64,000 nt of DNA, taken from Salinispira sp. Lineage in GTDB: Bacteria; Spirochaetota; Spirochaetia; DSM-27196; Salinispiraceae. The DNA is taken from positions 3,072,001 through 3,136,000 of the forward strand of contig OZ271918.1 of NCBI GenBank assembly GCA_965602015.1. Reading direction: 5' to 3'. Below the pieces are notes generated by a model. It was not told where the DNA came from, did not search any database, and saw nothing but the letters and a program-made list of their open reading frames with translations. A program made the position numbers and the translations under genes. Below are positions 18,567-29,034 of this stretch, piece after piece; position 1 is the first letter of the stretch; each line of letters begins with the position of its first letter.

Positions 18567-19691
18567 TTACTCTCCAAAAAAATCTCTTTCGTTGGCAAAG
18601 CCCTCCTCTGCCAGAGCGCCCGGAATCCCCTCAAAGGGGGAAACGCCGTCGTTGCGAAGGGTATACAGTTTGATAATATAGCGAACCTCTCTCATGCGGC
18701 GACGGATTATTACCCTATCTTGCTCATACGTTCTGCGCAGGGTCCGTAAATCCAGGCCGGGCATAATTTCAGTGTTTCGGGGAGTGTCCCGGGACTCTTC
18801 GAGTAGCCGGCCAAGACGGATAAAAACCCGCTCCATCTGAATAAGCCGCATCCGCATATTCAATAGTCCGCCGATAACCTGCCGCTTCTCCCTCACACGC
18901 TCGGAAACGGTTCCGGTTATTCCGAGGCGGTCTTCATCCATCCATTTCTGAATAATATCGCGGTTATTGAGCAAACGTACGTAGGCTTGAATAAAGGGCT
19001 CTCTGAGTTCCACATAGCGGCGGCCGTAAAAACTCAGCAGCTCGACCGTCCGTTCTGATATCGATTGCTCCCTGGAGTTGTACCAGTCTATGAGAAACGC
19101 CTCGTAGAGAGTGGAGTCGAGACTGACGTTACGCCAGGGACTTCCAGAGATTTTTTCCACGATTTCCCCGGGGACACTATATAGGATTGTGTTGGATACG
19201 GTCCGGCATTCAACCCGACCTTCACGGACCGCCAGCAGAACATCATCGGCGATTGTGCTTATGACTGTAAACTCGGTTCCTCGTACAGCCATGGTTGCCT
19301 GTGCGGTTCGCAGCACAAGCTCGTTGCCGCCGGTGAGCCGTCCGGCGGTTATATCAACTCTCCCGGAAAGAAGCTCTATACTTCCCGGAACGCCTTCACT
19401 GAGTCCCGATATGTCGAAGTATAGGCTGGTATTGGGAGAGATGATGATCGCGGCGTGTATCCCGGTCTCGGGATAGAGGGCGATTTCCACCGTTGCTCCC
19501 GGTCCGGTTTCAAGAAAATCAAAGTTTTCTATTTGATCCCCGATTTGAGGACTGGGCATTCCCGCATTGTTTCTAACCAGCGAGACCGAGCCGCTGAGAA
19601 AAACGAGTTCGCCAATAATATCAGTCTCGGCAATAAGAGGCGTACCGAGCAGAACGATGAAAAGCACAGCAAGCCGGAACACTCTCCGCAT
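18567..19691 (-). CDS. Exported FecR-domain protein
   Basis: Signal peptide from ATG 19691, then LETGPGA, LLSGRV, AVRGTEF and VREGRV. Confidence 0.8.
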   Translation of the reverse strand: MRRVFRLAVLFIVLLGTPLIAETDIIGELVFLSGSVSLVRNNAGMPSPQIGDQIENFDFLETGPGATVEIALYPETGIHAAIIISPNTSLYFDISGLSEGVPGSIELLSGRVDITAGRLTGGNELVLRTAQATMAVRGTEFTVISTIADDVLLAVREGRVECRTVSNTILYSVPGEIVEKISGSPWRNVSLDSTLYEAFLIDWYNSREQSISERTVELLSFYGRRYVELREPFIQAYVRLLNNRDIIQKWMDEDRLGITGTVSERVREKRQVIGGLLNMRMRLIQMERVFIRLGRLLEESRDTPRNTEIMPGLDLRTLRRTYEQDRVIIRRRMREVRYIIKLYTLRNDGVSPFEGIPGALAEEGFANERDFFGE

Positions 19692-19887
19692 TTTCCCCCC
19701 TCGGCGGAAACCGTTACCGCCAACTCTCAATGTGGGCCTCAGCCATTGTACCATATGGCGCAAAGCTATCAAGCTCCCGGGTACCATGCCATAAAGTCAA
19801 GGAATGGAGCTCAGCTTGACAGTCTGAAGGTCTATGCATAGGATGTTATGCAGTTTTTTTCGATAAATATGCAATCTCGGAGTACTC

Positions 19888-21243
19888 ATGAGCATAAAAA
19901 ATCCCTTATCCATGGCTGTGGCCCTAGTCGGCTGCGGAACTGTGGGAGGAAGCAGCGCATCCCTTCTTGTGGAGGACCGTGAAGAACGGCTCGGCCGCAG
20001 CGGAGTTGATGTGTATCTAAAATATATCGTCGATAGAAATTTCGACAATGCCAGGGCCCTCGGACTTCCTGAAGAACTGTTTACCGAGAACCTGGACATC
20101 GCCCTCAATGATGCCGACGTTGGAGTCGTAATTGAGTTGGTGGGCGGCACGGGTTTTGCCAAGGATTTGATCCTGCAATCCCTTAAGGCCGGGAAACATG
20201 TGGTAACCGCCAACAAGGCCCTGCTTGCCAAGCATGGAAATGAACTTTATGCCGCAGCCCGGAACGCCGGAGTTAGTCTCGCCTTCGAGGCCAGTTGCGG
20301 AGGCGGAATTCCGATTATTCGCGCCCTGGTCGACGGCCTCACGGCGAATAAAATCGACGCCATATTCGGTATTGTAAACGGAACCTGCAACTATATTCTC
20401 ACGGAGATGATAGAAAAGGGCCAGAGTTATGCCGAAGCCCTCAGTGAAGCTCAGGCTGACGGCTTGGCGGAGGCCGATCCGACCCTGGATGTAAACGGAA
20501 GTGATTCAGCACATAAAATCGCCATAATGGGATCCCTCGCTTTTGGCCAGGCTGCCGATCTGGATCTTATTCAAGTGGAAGGAATTGATACTCTGGAGGC
20601 CCAGGATGTTGCCTTCGGTTCTGAGATGGGCTACGTAATCAAACTTATCGCATCGGCGATTAAGACCCAAAAGGGGGTTTTCCTCCGGGTAGAACCGGCG
20701 TTTATTTCCCGGGATCATCCCCTTGCCTGGGTATCGGGATCCTTCAACGCCGTAAGCGTTTACGGGCACAGTGTCGGCCACACTATGTACTACGGAAGAG
20801 GCGCCGGGGGCAGCCCTACCGCCTCGGCAGTGGTCGCCGACGCGGTTAGCATCGCAAACGGCAGTTATCCGAGTATTTTCTCGACCATGAAAACCTGGCC
20901 GGACCTCACTGAGCCCGCCCGTCAGCTTCCCCCGGACAAAATACACCGCCGTTACTTCATCAGGCTCATACTCAAGGACAAACCGGGAATTCTGGCGCAG
21001 GCTGCGTCTATTCTTGCGGAGGAGGGCATCAGCGTCAGTTCCATTCTCCAGCATGAGGCCCCGGAAGAACCGCTTTCCGGACAGTCCCTCGACTCGGCGG
21101 TGCCCCTGGTTATTACCACGCACCGGGTACAGGAAGAGTCCGTCCGGAACGCGGCATCGAGAATTACGTCTCTGGACAATGTGGACCCGGCATGCAGCAT
21201 TATACCGATTCTCGACGAACATCCGGAATTTATCAGCTCCTAG
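19888..21243 (+). CDS. hom: Homoserine dehydrogenase with C-terminal ACT domain
   Basis: GCGTVG, HVVTANKAL, FEASCGGGIPII, NGTCNYIL, AEADPTLDV and DKPGILA. Confidence 0.96.
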   Translation: MSIKNPLSMAVALVGCGTVGGSSASLLVEDREERLGRSGVDVYLKYIVDRNFDNARALGLPEELFTENLDIALNDADVGVVIELVGGTGFAKDLILQSLKAGKHVVTANKALLAKHGNELYAAARNAGVSLAFEASCGGGIPIIRALVDGLTANKIDAIFGIVNGTCNYILTEMIEKGQSYAEALSEAQADGLAEADPTLDVNGSDSAHKIAIMGSLAFGQAADLDLIQVEGIDTLEAQDVAFGSEMGYVIKLIASAIKTQKGVFLRVEPAFISRDHPLAWVSGSFNAVSVYGHSVGHTMYYGRGAGGSPTASAVVADAVSIANGSYPSIFSTMKTWPDLTEPARQLPPDKIHRRYFIRLILKDKPGILAQAASILAEEGISVSSILQHEAPEEPLSGQSLDSAVPLVITTHRVQEESVRNAASRITSLDNVDPACSIIPILDEHPEFISS

Positions 21244-21386
21244 GACCCTTCGGTTTATCGGAGATTCATCGGCCGCATTGGTCTGGACATCGGGCTTAGT
21301 TGACCGCGGATTTTGGCTATGGTACAATTTTTATCATTTCTTAGGGTAGCGCCACATCAAAACGACAAACGAGGCCGGTATACCGA

Positions 21387-21689
21387 ATGGAGTCCACAAA
21401 AGTGCATTGCGCAAACTGCCAAAACTGCAAAATCGTCGTTAATGATGAGCGGGATGCCAGGCGCCTGCGGGTGCGTTGCGCGGCCGGGATGTGGCTAACC
21501 CGCGGCGGTTCTGAAAAATACTATAAATATTTTACCGTTGCCCGTAGAGAACAGGAAGCATGCGCCCATTACAATCCCATGGGAGATCCTGAAGAGTACC
21601 TGCGCGACTTAAAAAGAAATTTGCCGATTCAGGATGAGCTCTACGATCCGAAAACCATGAAGGCCCTCGATACCGAGACCCTTCTGTAA
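21387..21689 (+). CDS. Small Cys-rich hypothetical protein
   Basis: CANCQNC...RCAAGMW...CAHY. Confidence 0.7.
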   Translation: MESTKVHCANCQNCKIVVNDERDARRLRVRCAAGMWLTRGGSEKYYKYFTVARREQEACAHYNPMGDPEEYLRDLKRNLPIQDELYDPKTMKALDTETLL

Positions 21690-21728
21690 CATGCTCTTCA
21701 AAACGGGGTTTGAAGCTACGAGGATAAC

Positions 21729-22127
21729 ATGAAAAATACAAAAACCATCGCCATACTGTTCGCGGTCATCATCACGGGTCTTCTTCTCGCTGCCTGCCAA
21801 ACTGTTCCCCAAGACATCCCGGAGGGAATCAGTCAGCAGGAGTTTTTTCAACGGGCCCAGGAGTTCACCGACGACCTCAATTATGATGCCGCACTGGTCT
21901 ATCTCGAGGAATTCAAGATCCGCTATCCGGAAGACCAATTCAACGGTCTGGCTGCGGATTATCAAATTGCCCTAATCAATTACAAGCAAAATAATTTTCG
22001 CGATGCCCTGACCCAGTTCCAGGACATTATTGAGCGGTACGAATCGGCTGAGGCGGGAACGTATCCCGAGTGGGTAAATGTGCTCAGCCAGAGGCTTTTG
22101 GAGAAAATCGAAGAAAACCAGGGGTAA
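21729..22127 (+). CDS. TPR lipoprotein (BamD-like short helical repeat)
   Basis: Lipobox LAAC, TPR pattern FKIRYPED...ADYQIAL, RBS GAGG. Confidence 0.75.
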   Translation: MKNTKTIAILFAVIITGLLLAACQTVPQDIPEGISQQEFFQRAQEFTDDLNYDAALVYLEEFKIRYPEDQFNGLAADYQIALINYKQNNFRDALTQFQDIIERYESAEAGTYPEWVNVLSQRLLEKIEENQG

Positions 22128-22159
22128 TCCCCGCACAAGAAGCAACCGTGTTTTTTGCC

Positions 22160-23317
22160 CTAATGCGGCAGAATAATAACGTGAACACCCACCGCGAGCT
22201 CTGCCGCCTTTACTTCTACCATTTCTGCGGTTACATTGCCCCTGGGTCGAGGATGGGGCGGCGCATCTCCGATGAGTATGATTTTCCGGTTATCAGCTAA
22301 CCAGTCGAACTCTGTCAGGGCGGCGTAAAGGGCTTCGTTAACGGCTTCTGGAATATCCCGTCCTCCCGCAGGGCGAATGCGGTCCAGTACCCACTGAATT
22401 CGATCAACCCCGGTTTCGAAGCGGCTGACCCGATAGAGGTACTCCTCCAGATAGTCCCGGTAATAGACGAATCCGACTCGAACCTGTTCGAAACCTGCAC
22501 TGTGCTCCTGCACCAGTGAAGTGAGATTCTCCCGGAGCCAGGGCATATCGTTTTTCATCGATTCCGTACTGTCCAGAGCCAATACCAGATCGAGCATCCG
22601 CCCTTCTTCTCCGTTCAGTATGTCTTCAATCTGGTTGAGGATGTCCTCTTCCCCTTCGGAGTACAAAACCCGACCGTCAGTGGATTCGGCGATTCTCGAA
22701 AAGCTGTCGACGGTCTCAGCCATGTAATTACCTTCGGGCGGACCCTCAGCGGGTCGCTGGGTTACCCGGATTATAAACGGATTGTCCTGGAAACCGCCCC
22801 GGTAATCGGCATAGGGGAACTCAAACGCCCGCACAGACAGGTAGGTGCCGTCAAGGACCTGTAGTTCCCCGTTTCGGGTCCATTCATATCCGAAAACGAC
22901 TACATAGGGAATAAAAATCCGAAACGCCTGCCCGAACTGCTCATCCGGAACTGGTGTGGAATCGATCAGAGAGTACAGTCCTTCATTATCGAGGATCTCT
23001 CCGTCCAGCATACGCAGCTCATCTCCGTTTTCCGGATGATATCCGGGGTTTCTTAGAGAGTAACTGGCGACTTCCCGTTCGGGGTCTTCGGTCGATTCTG
23101 TGAGGAGGATGGATTGCATCTCGGGCTTTTTTCGTACATAGAGGTAGTATCCGCCTTCAATGGTCTGCTCGATGCGCAGGTCATCGACCCGAACAGAGAG
23201 GTCTTGTGCGGAGATGGCGCTCCAGGCGGAAAGACTCAACAGAGCAATGAGGATGACTGTTCGAATAGCGGGGAATTTTTCGAGTGTCCGTTGTACATAC
23301 TGCCTTTCGGTCCTCAT
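22160..23317 (-). CDS. Exported von Willebrand factor A domain protein
   Basis: MIDAS motif DSTESM, YRDY, GGRDIPEAV and ILIGDAPPH. Confidence 0.85.
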   Translation of the reverse strand: MRTERQYVQRTLEKFPAIRTVILIALLSLSAWSAISAQDLSVRVDDLRIEQTIEGGYYLYVRKKPEMQSILLTESTEDPEREVASYSLRNPGYHPENGDELRMLDGEILDNEGLYSLIDSTPVPDEQFGQAFRIFIPYVVVFGYEWTRNGELQVLDGTYLSVRAFEFPYADYRGGFQDNPFIIRVTQRPAEGPPEGNYMAETVDSFSRIAESTDGRVLYSEGEEDILNQIEDILNGEEGRMLDLVLALDSTESMKNDMPWLRENLTSLVQEHSAGFEQVRVGFVYYRDYLEEYLYRVSRFETGVDRIQWVLDRIRPAGGRDIPEAVNEALYAALTEFDWLADNRKIILIGDAPPHPRPRGNVTAEMVEVKAAELAVGVHVIILPH

Positions 23318-23359
23318 ACTATTTACTATCGGCGATGTAATTATTTCTATAAGGGTATT

Positions 23360-23908
23360 TTACGGTGGAAGCGCGCCCAGAACCGCGGGGAACTGCTGCC
23401 GGCCGGGCCCAAGCTCCCGGTAAAAATATTCAGCCAAGGGAAAAAACACATCGAGAAACTCGCACAATAGTCCCTTTTCATCGCGATTGACCAGCAAAAC
23501 GGTGATATCCCGGGTTGCCGTTAGACTGTACAGATTCCGGCCCGCGCTTGTGGAGTAAACTCTTCGCCCGGGACAAAGGCCGTCGCTCGAGCGCCACGGC
23601 GGCAGTTCATTGCTTTGAAGAGCGCGATTGCGCAACAGCACGGTTATCGGCTGTTGGCGAAAAACATAATCAGCCCGGTACCAGGTGCCGCCCAAATCGC
23701 CGACGGCGGTGCGAATCGCCTCAGTGTTTCCGCCGGAACCCTCTCGGTCATCAGGCCCGCTAAACAGGATGGCTGCCGCCTCACCGCCGCCCGGGGCGAC
23801 GCTGGCCAAGAAACCCTGGATATTTTGAATTTCCGGCGGCGTGGAGTATAGCCCCGTGTCAAAAAGCAATAAGGTTACCAGAAGTAAAAACCGGGTGCTG
23901 CGTTTCAT
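23360..23908 (-). CDS. Hypothetical exported protein
   Basis: Signal peptide from ATG 23908 (MKRSTRFLLL). TATACT lies 6 nt upstream. Confidence 0.6.
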   Translation of the reverse strand: MKRSTRFLLLVTLLLFDTGLYSTPPEIQNIQGFLASVAPGGGEAAAILFSGPDDREGSGGNTEAIRTAVGDLGGTWYRADYVFRQQPITVLLRNRALQSNELPPWRSSDGLCPGRRVYSTSAGRNLYSLTATRDITVLLVNRDEKGLLCEFLDVFFPLAEYFYRELGPGRQQFPAVLGALPP

Positions 23909-24001
23909 GATAGAAGTATAGCTGTTTTTTTCTATACAGACAAAATCCCGCATAATCGAATCAAATCCTTTCCTTCTGCAGTAATACAGCGGGAGGCATA
24001 T

Positions 24002-25090
24002 ATGAGTATCGCTCAACGCTGGAACTATATGATTCGTTCGTTATATCGTTCCAACATATCGCTCTTTTTTTTGACCCTCACGCTGTTTGGGGCATGCGTG
24101 CCACTGTATCAACGGCTTCAATCTTCTCATGATGTAAGCTCGCCGGTTTTATTGGAATACGCCCTCAATGGGGCGCAAACCATAACTATGGAGTTCTCCG
24201 AGCCGGTTATTCCCGGCGATGTCCAGGAGTATGAGATAAGCGGCGGACACGTCGTTAGTATAGATGCGGCAGAAACTGTGGTGAAATTTTCTTTCAGCGG
24301 ATGCAACGAGCCGGGAACCCGATATGCGCTAAGCGGACGGGTTGAGGACCTGAAGGGGAACGAGTTGTGGTTTTCCCTACCATTTTACGGATATAACGCG
24401 TCACCGCCTGAACTGGTAATCAATGAAATAATTGTTGAAAACAGCTCGTCACGATATGAAAAAATGGAACTCTATGTCCTACGCGGCGGAAACCTCGGAG
24501 GAATCACTATATACAACGGGTCCCCCGGGGAACACCGCAGCCGTATGATTTTTTTGCCGCAGGATGTCGAAACAGATGAGTATATGGTGATTCATTTTCG
24601 AAGCGATGAAGCTATTGATAACCTCATCACGGAGATTGACGAGTACGGGGAGTCGGAAACAGCCATGCTGAATACCGCCACCAGCGCTCAGGCGACGACA
24701 TCGGTTCGGGATTTTTGGGTCAGAGGGTACCAGGGGTTAAGCGACAGCAATGGCGCGGTGTGTATAGCTTTAAATCCCGATATTCGAAGCCCTATTCTCG
24801 ACGCCTTCCTGTGGAGTAACAGGAATTTCGATCCCGACGCCGTGCACGGGAGCTTCGGAACGGCCTTCACGTATAATGTTATGAGGGATTTGCAGTCCTC
24901 GGGGGCTTGGGAAATCGGCCATGAGGTTATTCGGCCGGAAGACTGCTACCGATCTGAAGACAGTACCTCCACCAGAAGCATCAACCGCGCAAGTCCGCAT
25001 AGAGACAGCAACTCAGTTTTTGATTGGCATATTTGCCCTACCGGGGAGAGCAGCTTTGGATGGGAGAATAGCACAGAAGAGTATCAGTGA
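24002..25090 (+). CDS. Hypothetical lipoprotein (lamin-tail-like LVINEI segment)
   Basis: RBS GGGAGG, lipobox FGAC, LVINEII..EKMELYV and C-terminal S.G..N. Confidence 0.7.
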   Translation: MSIAQRWNYMIRSLYRSNISLFFLTLTLFGACVPLYQRLQSSHDVSSPVLLEYALNGAQTITMEFSEPVIPGDVQEYEISGGHVVSIDAAETVVKFSFSGCNEPGTRYALSGRVEDLKGNELWFSLPFYGYNASPPELVINEIIVENSSSRYEKMELYVLRGGNLGGITIYNGSPGEHRSRMIFLPQDVETDEYMVIHFRSDEAIDNLITEIDEYGESETAMLNTATSAQATTSVRDFWVRGYQGLSDSNGAVCIALNPDIRSPILDAFLWSNRNFDPDAVHGSFGTAFTYNVMRDLQSSGAWEIGHEVIRPEDCYRSEDSTSTRSINRASPHRDSNSVFDWHICPTGESSFGWENSTEEYQ

Positions 25091-25175
25091 AAGTAAAAAA
25101 CCGCCTGCATTCGCAGACGGTTCGGAGCTGCTGGAGCCTCAATGTCGTGGCCTGCGCTGTTGGCGTACGGCGAAT

Positions 25176-25505
25176 CTATAGCAGGTCGGAGACCAAAGCC
25201 TCAATGGTTGCCTTGGGGGCAGCGCCGACGTGCTGCTTTACCATTTGGCCGTCTTTAAAGAGCAGCAAGGTGGGAATACTGATAATATTATATTTCGTTC
25301 CGATTTCGCCATGATCGTCTACATTAAGCTTGCCTATTTTGAGACGACCATCGTAGGTCTCGGACAGTTCCTCGAGAACCGGGGCAATCATCCTGCAAGG
25401 CATACACCATTCGGCCCAAAAATCTACAATCACCGGTACATCGGACTTTATAACTTCGGCCTCGAAATTATCGGTGGTTAGCGTCACTTCCTTACTCATG
25501 TACAC
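25176..25505 (-). CDS. trxA: Thioredoxin
   Basis: VDFWAEWCMPC and SIPTLLLFKDG. Confidence 0.95.
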   Translation of the reverse strand: MYMSKEVTLTTDNFEAEVIKSDVPVIVDFWAEWCMPCRMIAPVLEELSETYDGRLKIGKLNVDDHGEIGTKYNIISIPTLLLFKDGQMVKQHVGAAPKATIEALVSDLL

Positions 25506-25557
25506 CTCCTGGGTTTGCAGTTGACCCTTAGAAGGGTAAAGAATTACCGGTCTTAGG

Positions 25558-26322
25558 TCAATTGCGCCCGGCCCGCAGGTCCCGAATAAGCATTTTCACC
25601 GCATTCGGACCGATTTTGCCCTTATACCCCTGGTCATGAGCCCGCAGAAAAGCCGATCCGACCACCGCGGCATGGGCATTTCCTTGCAGCACCTTCACCT
25701 GATCCCCGCTGCTGATGCCGAACCCTGCAAGTATTTTTGCCCCGCCTTCAGCTGCTTTGTGCAGAAACTTTATATTGGCATCCCCGAGAGATGTTTTCTC
25801 TCCGGTGATGCCCTTCCGCAATGCGCAGTATACAAACTCGCTGCGGCTTTCCACGGCCAATGAAATCCTGTCCTCCCGCGAACTTGCGGCAAGAACGGGA
25901 ACCAGTGTGAGCCCGGCAGCTTCCGCCGCGGCCCTCAAACCTTCATCGCTATCCAAAGGGAGATCGGGCACAATGAGGCCCCTAACCCCCCTCTGCGACG
26001 CTTCACGGCAAAACGAGTCGATTCCTCGGGTGAATATAATGCTGGCATAGGTCATGACAAACAGCGACGCGCGATTATTTTTGAGGGATTCACTCCTTTC
26101 CCTGAGAGACCCGATGAAGTCGAATCCCCGGTCGACGGAGAATCCGCTTTTTAAGGCCTTCTGACATGCCGCCTCTATAACCGGACCGTCTGCTCCAGGG
26201 TCGGAAAAGGGGAACTGGATTTCGAGATACTCCGCCCCTTCCCCGAGCATCGCCAAGGCTATCTCGCGGCTGGTTTCTTCGTCCGGGTAAAAAGGAATCA
26301 TGTGCGCCATCAGTGAAATCAT
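25558..26322 (-). CDS. trpA: Tryptophan synthase alpha chain
   Basis: EIQFPFSDPGADGPVI, VPDLP, GITG, GFGIS and VVGSA. Confidence 0.95.
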   Translation of the reverse strand: MISLMAHMIPFYPDEETSREIALAMLGEGAEYLEIQFPFSDPGADGPVIEAACQKALKSGFSVDRGFDFIGSLRERSESLKNNRASLFVMTYASIIFTRGIDSFCREASQRGVRGLIVPDLPLDSDEGLRAAAEAAGLTLVPVLAASSREDRISLAVESRSEFVYCALRKGITGEKTSLGDANIKFLHKAAEGGAKILAGFGISSGDQVKVLQGNAHAAVVGSAFLRAHDQGYKGKIGPNAVKMLIRDLRAGRN

Positions 26323-27572
26323 ATCCGGCCTCCTTGTGCTTCAGCTGCACCGCGTATTTCGGTAAACTCCCTCTGCATAAAATCCGCCCATTCTTCGGGC
26401 TGGATCGCCTTTGCGGTAATAAAGATATCCTTGTCGCCCCGGCCGGACATGTTAATAATCACCGCCTTGTTTTTTGGCAAGTCGGCGGCGAGCCGTAAAC
26501 CGTACGCTGCGCCATGAGCCGATTCGAGGGCGAAAATCACCCCCTCTTTCCTCGCCAGGCTTTGAAGGGCTTCAAGGGCTTCGGCATCGCCTGCGGAGTA
26601 AAACTCAACACGTCCGGTGCTGCCCAGGTGGGCCAGCTGCGGGCCTATGCCCGGGTAATCCAGACCAGCGGAAATCGAGTGGGTGTGCTGGACCTGGCCG
26701 TCGTTATCCACCAGAAATTTACTCTTGTATCCCTGGACTATTCCGGTGCGGGCCTCGCCGGTCATCCTCACGGCATGCTCACCAATGCCCATACCCCTGC
26801 CGCCGGCTTCGACGCCGATGAGCCGTGGCCGTTCCCGCTCAATAAAGGGAGCGAAAAAACCCATTGCGTTTGAGCCGCCGCCCACGCATGCCACCAGAGC
26901 TTCCACATCGATGTCCCGTTCGCGAATTTGCTCATCGACTTCCCGGCCGATTACCGCCTGAAATTCCCTGACCATGTCCGGAAAAGGACTTGGACCCAGG
27001 GCGGAACCAATGAGGTAATGGGTATCATCAAAGCTCGCTGCCCAGTCCCTGAGTGCTTCATTTACCGCGTCTTTCAGGGTTCGGCTGCCGGTCTTCACCG
27101 GTTCGACCCGGGCGCCGTAGAGCTCCATGGAAAACACATTCGGTCGTTGCCGGGCCATATCGACCTCACCCATGTATACCGTGCAGGGCAAGCCAAGCTT
27201 GGCACACACCGCGGCCGTTGCCACGCCGTGCTGACCGGCTCCTGTTTCGGCTATGATGCGGGTTTTACCCATTCTTTTGGCCAGAAGGGCCTGGCCCAGG
27301 GCGTTGTTGATTTTATGAGCGCCTGTCGCCGCCAATCCTTCCTGTTTTATGTAAATCTGTGCGCCCCCGATTTCCCTGCTCGTATTTTCCGCATACAGCA
27401 GTGGTGTCGGCCGCCCAATGAACTCTTTTTGCAGAAGGCTTATCTCGTCGAGGAAGGCCTGGTCAGCCATGGCATCAAGATAGGCCTCTTCCAGATCGTC
27501 AAGGGCTCCTCTGAGCACTTCGGCCACATAGCGGCCGCCGAACTCTCCAAAATAATTATTATATATCTGCAC
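26319..27572 (-). CDS. trpB: Tryptophan synthase beta chain
   Basis: TGAHKINN, AETGAGQHG, VGGGSNA, SISAGLDYPG and SGRGDKD. Confidence 0.98.
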   Translation of the reverse strand: MQIYNNYFGEFGGRYVAEVLRGALDDLEEAYLDAMADQAFLDEISLLQKEFIGRPTPLLYAENTSREIGGAQIYIKQEGLAATGAHKINNALGQALLAKRMGKTRIIAETGAGQHGVATAAVCAKLGLPCTVYMGEVDMARQRPNVFSMELYGARVEPVKTGSRTLKDAVNEALRDWAASFDDTHYLIGSALGPSPFPDMVREFQAVIGREVDEQIRERDIDVEALVACVGGGSNAMGFFAPFIERERPRLIGVEAGGRGMGIGEHAVRMTGEARTGIVQGYKSKFLVDNDGQVQHTHSISAGLDYPGIGPQLAHLGSTGRVEFYSAGDAEALEALQSLARKEGVIFALESAHGAAYGLRLAADLPKNKAVIINMSGRGDKDIFITAKAIQPEEWADFMQREFTEIRGAAEAQGGRI

Positions 27573-29034
27573 GTCCCATCTCCTCGAAATATCGTGTAAG
27601 CAAAGTATGATCCTTTACGCCCGGTGCTGACTCCAGCCCGCTCGAGGCGTCGACCAGCTCAGGCGCAAAATCCCTGATGACATTGCGGATATTGTCAGGT
27701 CCCAGGCCCCCGGCGAGCCAGAGGGGTTTTTGAAGCGTCGCCGCCCGGACGATGCCATCGTCTATCCGCTTTCCGGTTCCGCCTGCAGAATCCGGACTGT
27801 ATGCATCAATGAGCACTCTGGGTGACGGATAGTCCATTATCATGGCTGCATCCCCTTCACGGCGAAGACTCAGCGCCTTGTAGAATGGCAGACCTCTTTC
27901 CAGGCAAGCAGCAGGTGTTTCCCGGCCATGATACTGGAATGCGTCAATCAGTCCTGACCGGGCGGCATTCGCAAGGTCCTCAGACGGGATTTCGGTGACC
28001 ACGGCGATCTTCAAAACTGGAAGATCTGACAGCTCGCGCAACAGGGCGATGTCCGCCCTGCGGGGGCTGCCGGCAAATACCAACCCGATCATGTCAGCCC
28101 CCAACTCGACAGCCTTGACGGCGTCAGAGCGTCGTGTAATGCCGCATATTTTTACCAGGGGTCGTTTTCCGCCTCCGCCCGTATGCCGGAGCTCACGCAC
28201 CGCCCGTACCCGTTCCCAGAACCGTGCGGAGGACGCCGGATAACTTTCCGGTGATTTCAAAGCCAGCCCAAGCTGGGCCGCCAGCTCTGGTTTCCTGACA
28301 ACCGCTTCTCCGACCAGGACACCGGTGAACCCCCCTTCGGATGCAAGAGCTACCTGCTCAGGAGAAAAAATGCCCGATTCATAAACAACTTCACAAGGCC
28401 AATCGATGTGCCTTCGCAAGTTCAGGGGTCCTAATGGATCCACGCAGAAATTATTGAGATCTCGGGCATTGATGCCCATCACCTGCGGTTTTATACCCGA
28501 ACGACGCACGGTATCCAACTCACGGGCGTTATGCACTTCCACGAGACAGGCCATGCCCCGCTTTTCAGCGGATTCATACATTTCTCGAAGTTGCTCGGGC
28601 TCGAGAATTGCGGCAATGAGCAGAACAGCATCAGCGCCGGCCCGCCAGCTCACCTCAACGTCTTTGTTATCGAGAAGGAAGTCTTTTCGCAAAATCGAAC
28701 ACTGGGGAAATTCTCTCTTGATGCGCATGAGATCTTCTAATGATCCATTAAATCGCCGCTGCTCGGTGAGGACAGAAATGCTGTTTACCCCTGACTGCAC
28801 ATATATCGAAGCCTGTTTAACCGGATCGAGATGTTCACTGATACTTCCCCTGGACGGGCTGCTGCGTTTGATTTCGCAAATGACGAAGGGGTGCCGGGAA
28901 AAGCCCTCTTTTCCCCGCACAGGAAGGCTGCTAGAGCGCGCCTTCGGTATATCCGCCCCCATTTCATGACCCATCGCCCGAATGTCCTGTCTACGGACTT
29001 CAACAATGTCATGGAGGACCTTGGCGACGGTCAC
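27559..29034 (-). CDS. trpCF: Bifunctional indole-3-glycerol phosphate synthase / phosphoribosylanthranilate isomerase
   Basis: TrpC motifs [15 protein letters not shown] and ESGI, followed by TrpF motifs VKICGIT, GGTG, LAGGL and DASSGLE. Confidence 0.95.
   Translation of the reverse strand: MTVAKVLHDIVEVRRQDIRAMGHEMGADIPKARSSSLPVRGKEGFSRHPFVICEIKRSSPSRGSISEHLDPVKQASIYVQSGVNSISVLTEQRRFNGSLEDLMRIKREFPQCSILRKDFLLDNKDVEVSWRAGADAVLLIAAILEPEQLREMYESAEKRGMACLVEVHNARELDTVRRSGIKPQVMGINARDLNNFCVDPLGPLNLRRHIDWPCEVVYESGIFSPEQVALASEGGFTGVLVGEAVVRKPELAAQLGLALKSPESYPASSARFWERVRAVRELRHTGGGGKRPLVKICGITRRSDAVKAVELGADMIGLVFAGSPRRADIALLRELSDLPVLKIAVVTEIPSEDLANAARSGLIDAFQYHGRETPAACLERGLPFYKALSLRREGDAAMIMDYPSPRVLIDAYSPDSAGGTGKRIDDGIVRAATLQKPLWLAGGLGPDNIRNVIRDFAPELVDASSGLESAPGVKDHTLLTRYFEEMGRADI

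Noticed and set aside
25176..25505. Thioredoxin with WCMPC instead of WCGPC
   Set aside because: A minor CxxC variant in an otherwise ordinary thioredoxin.
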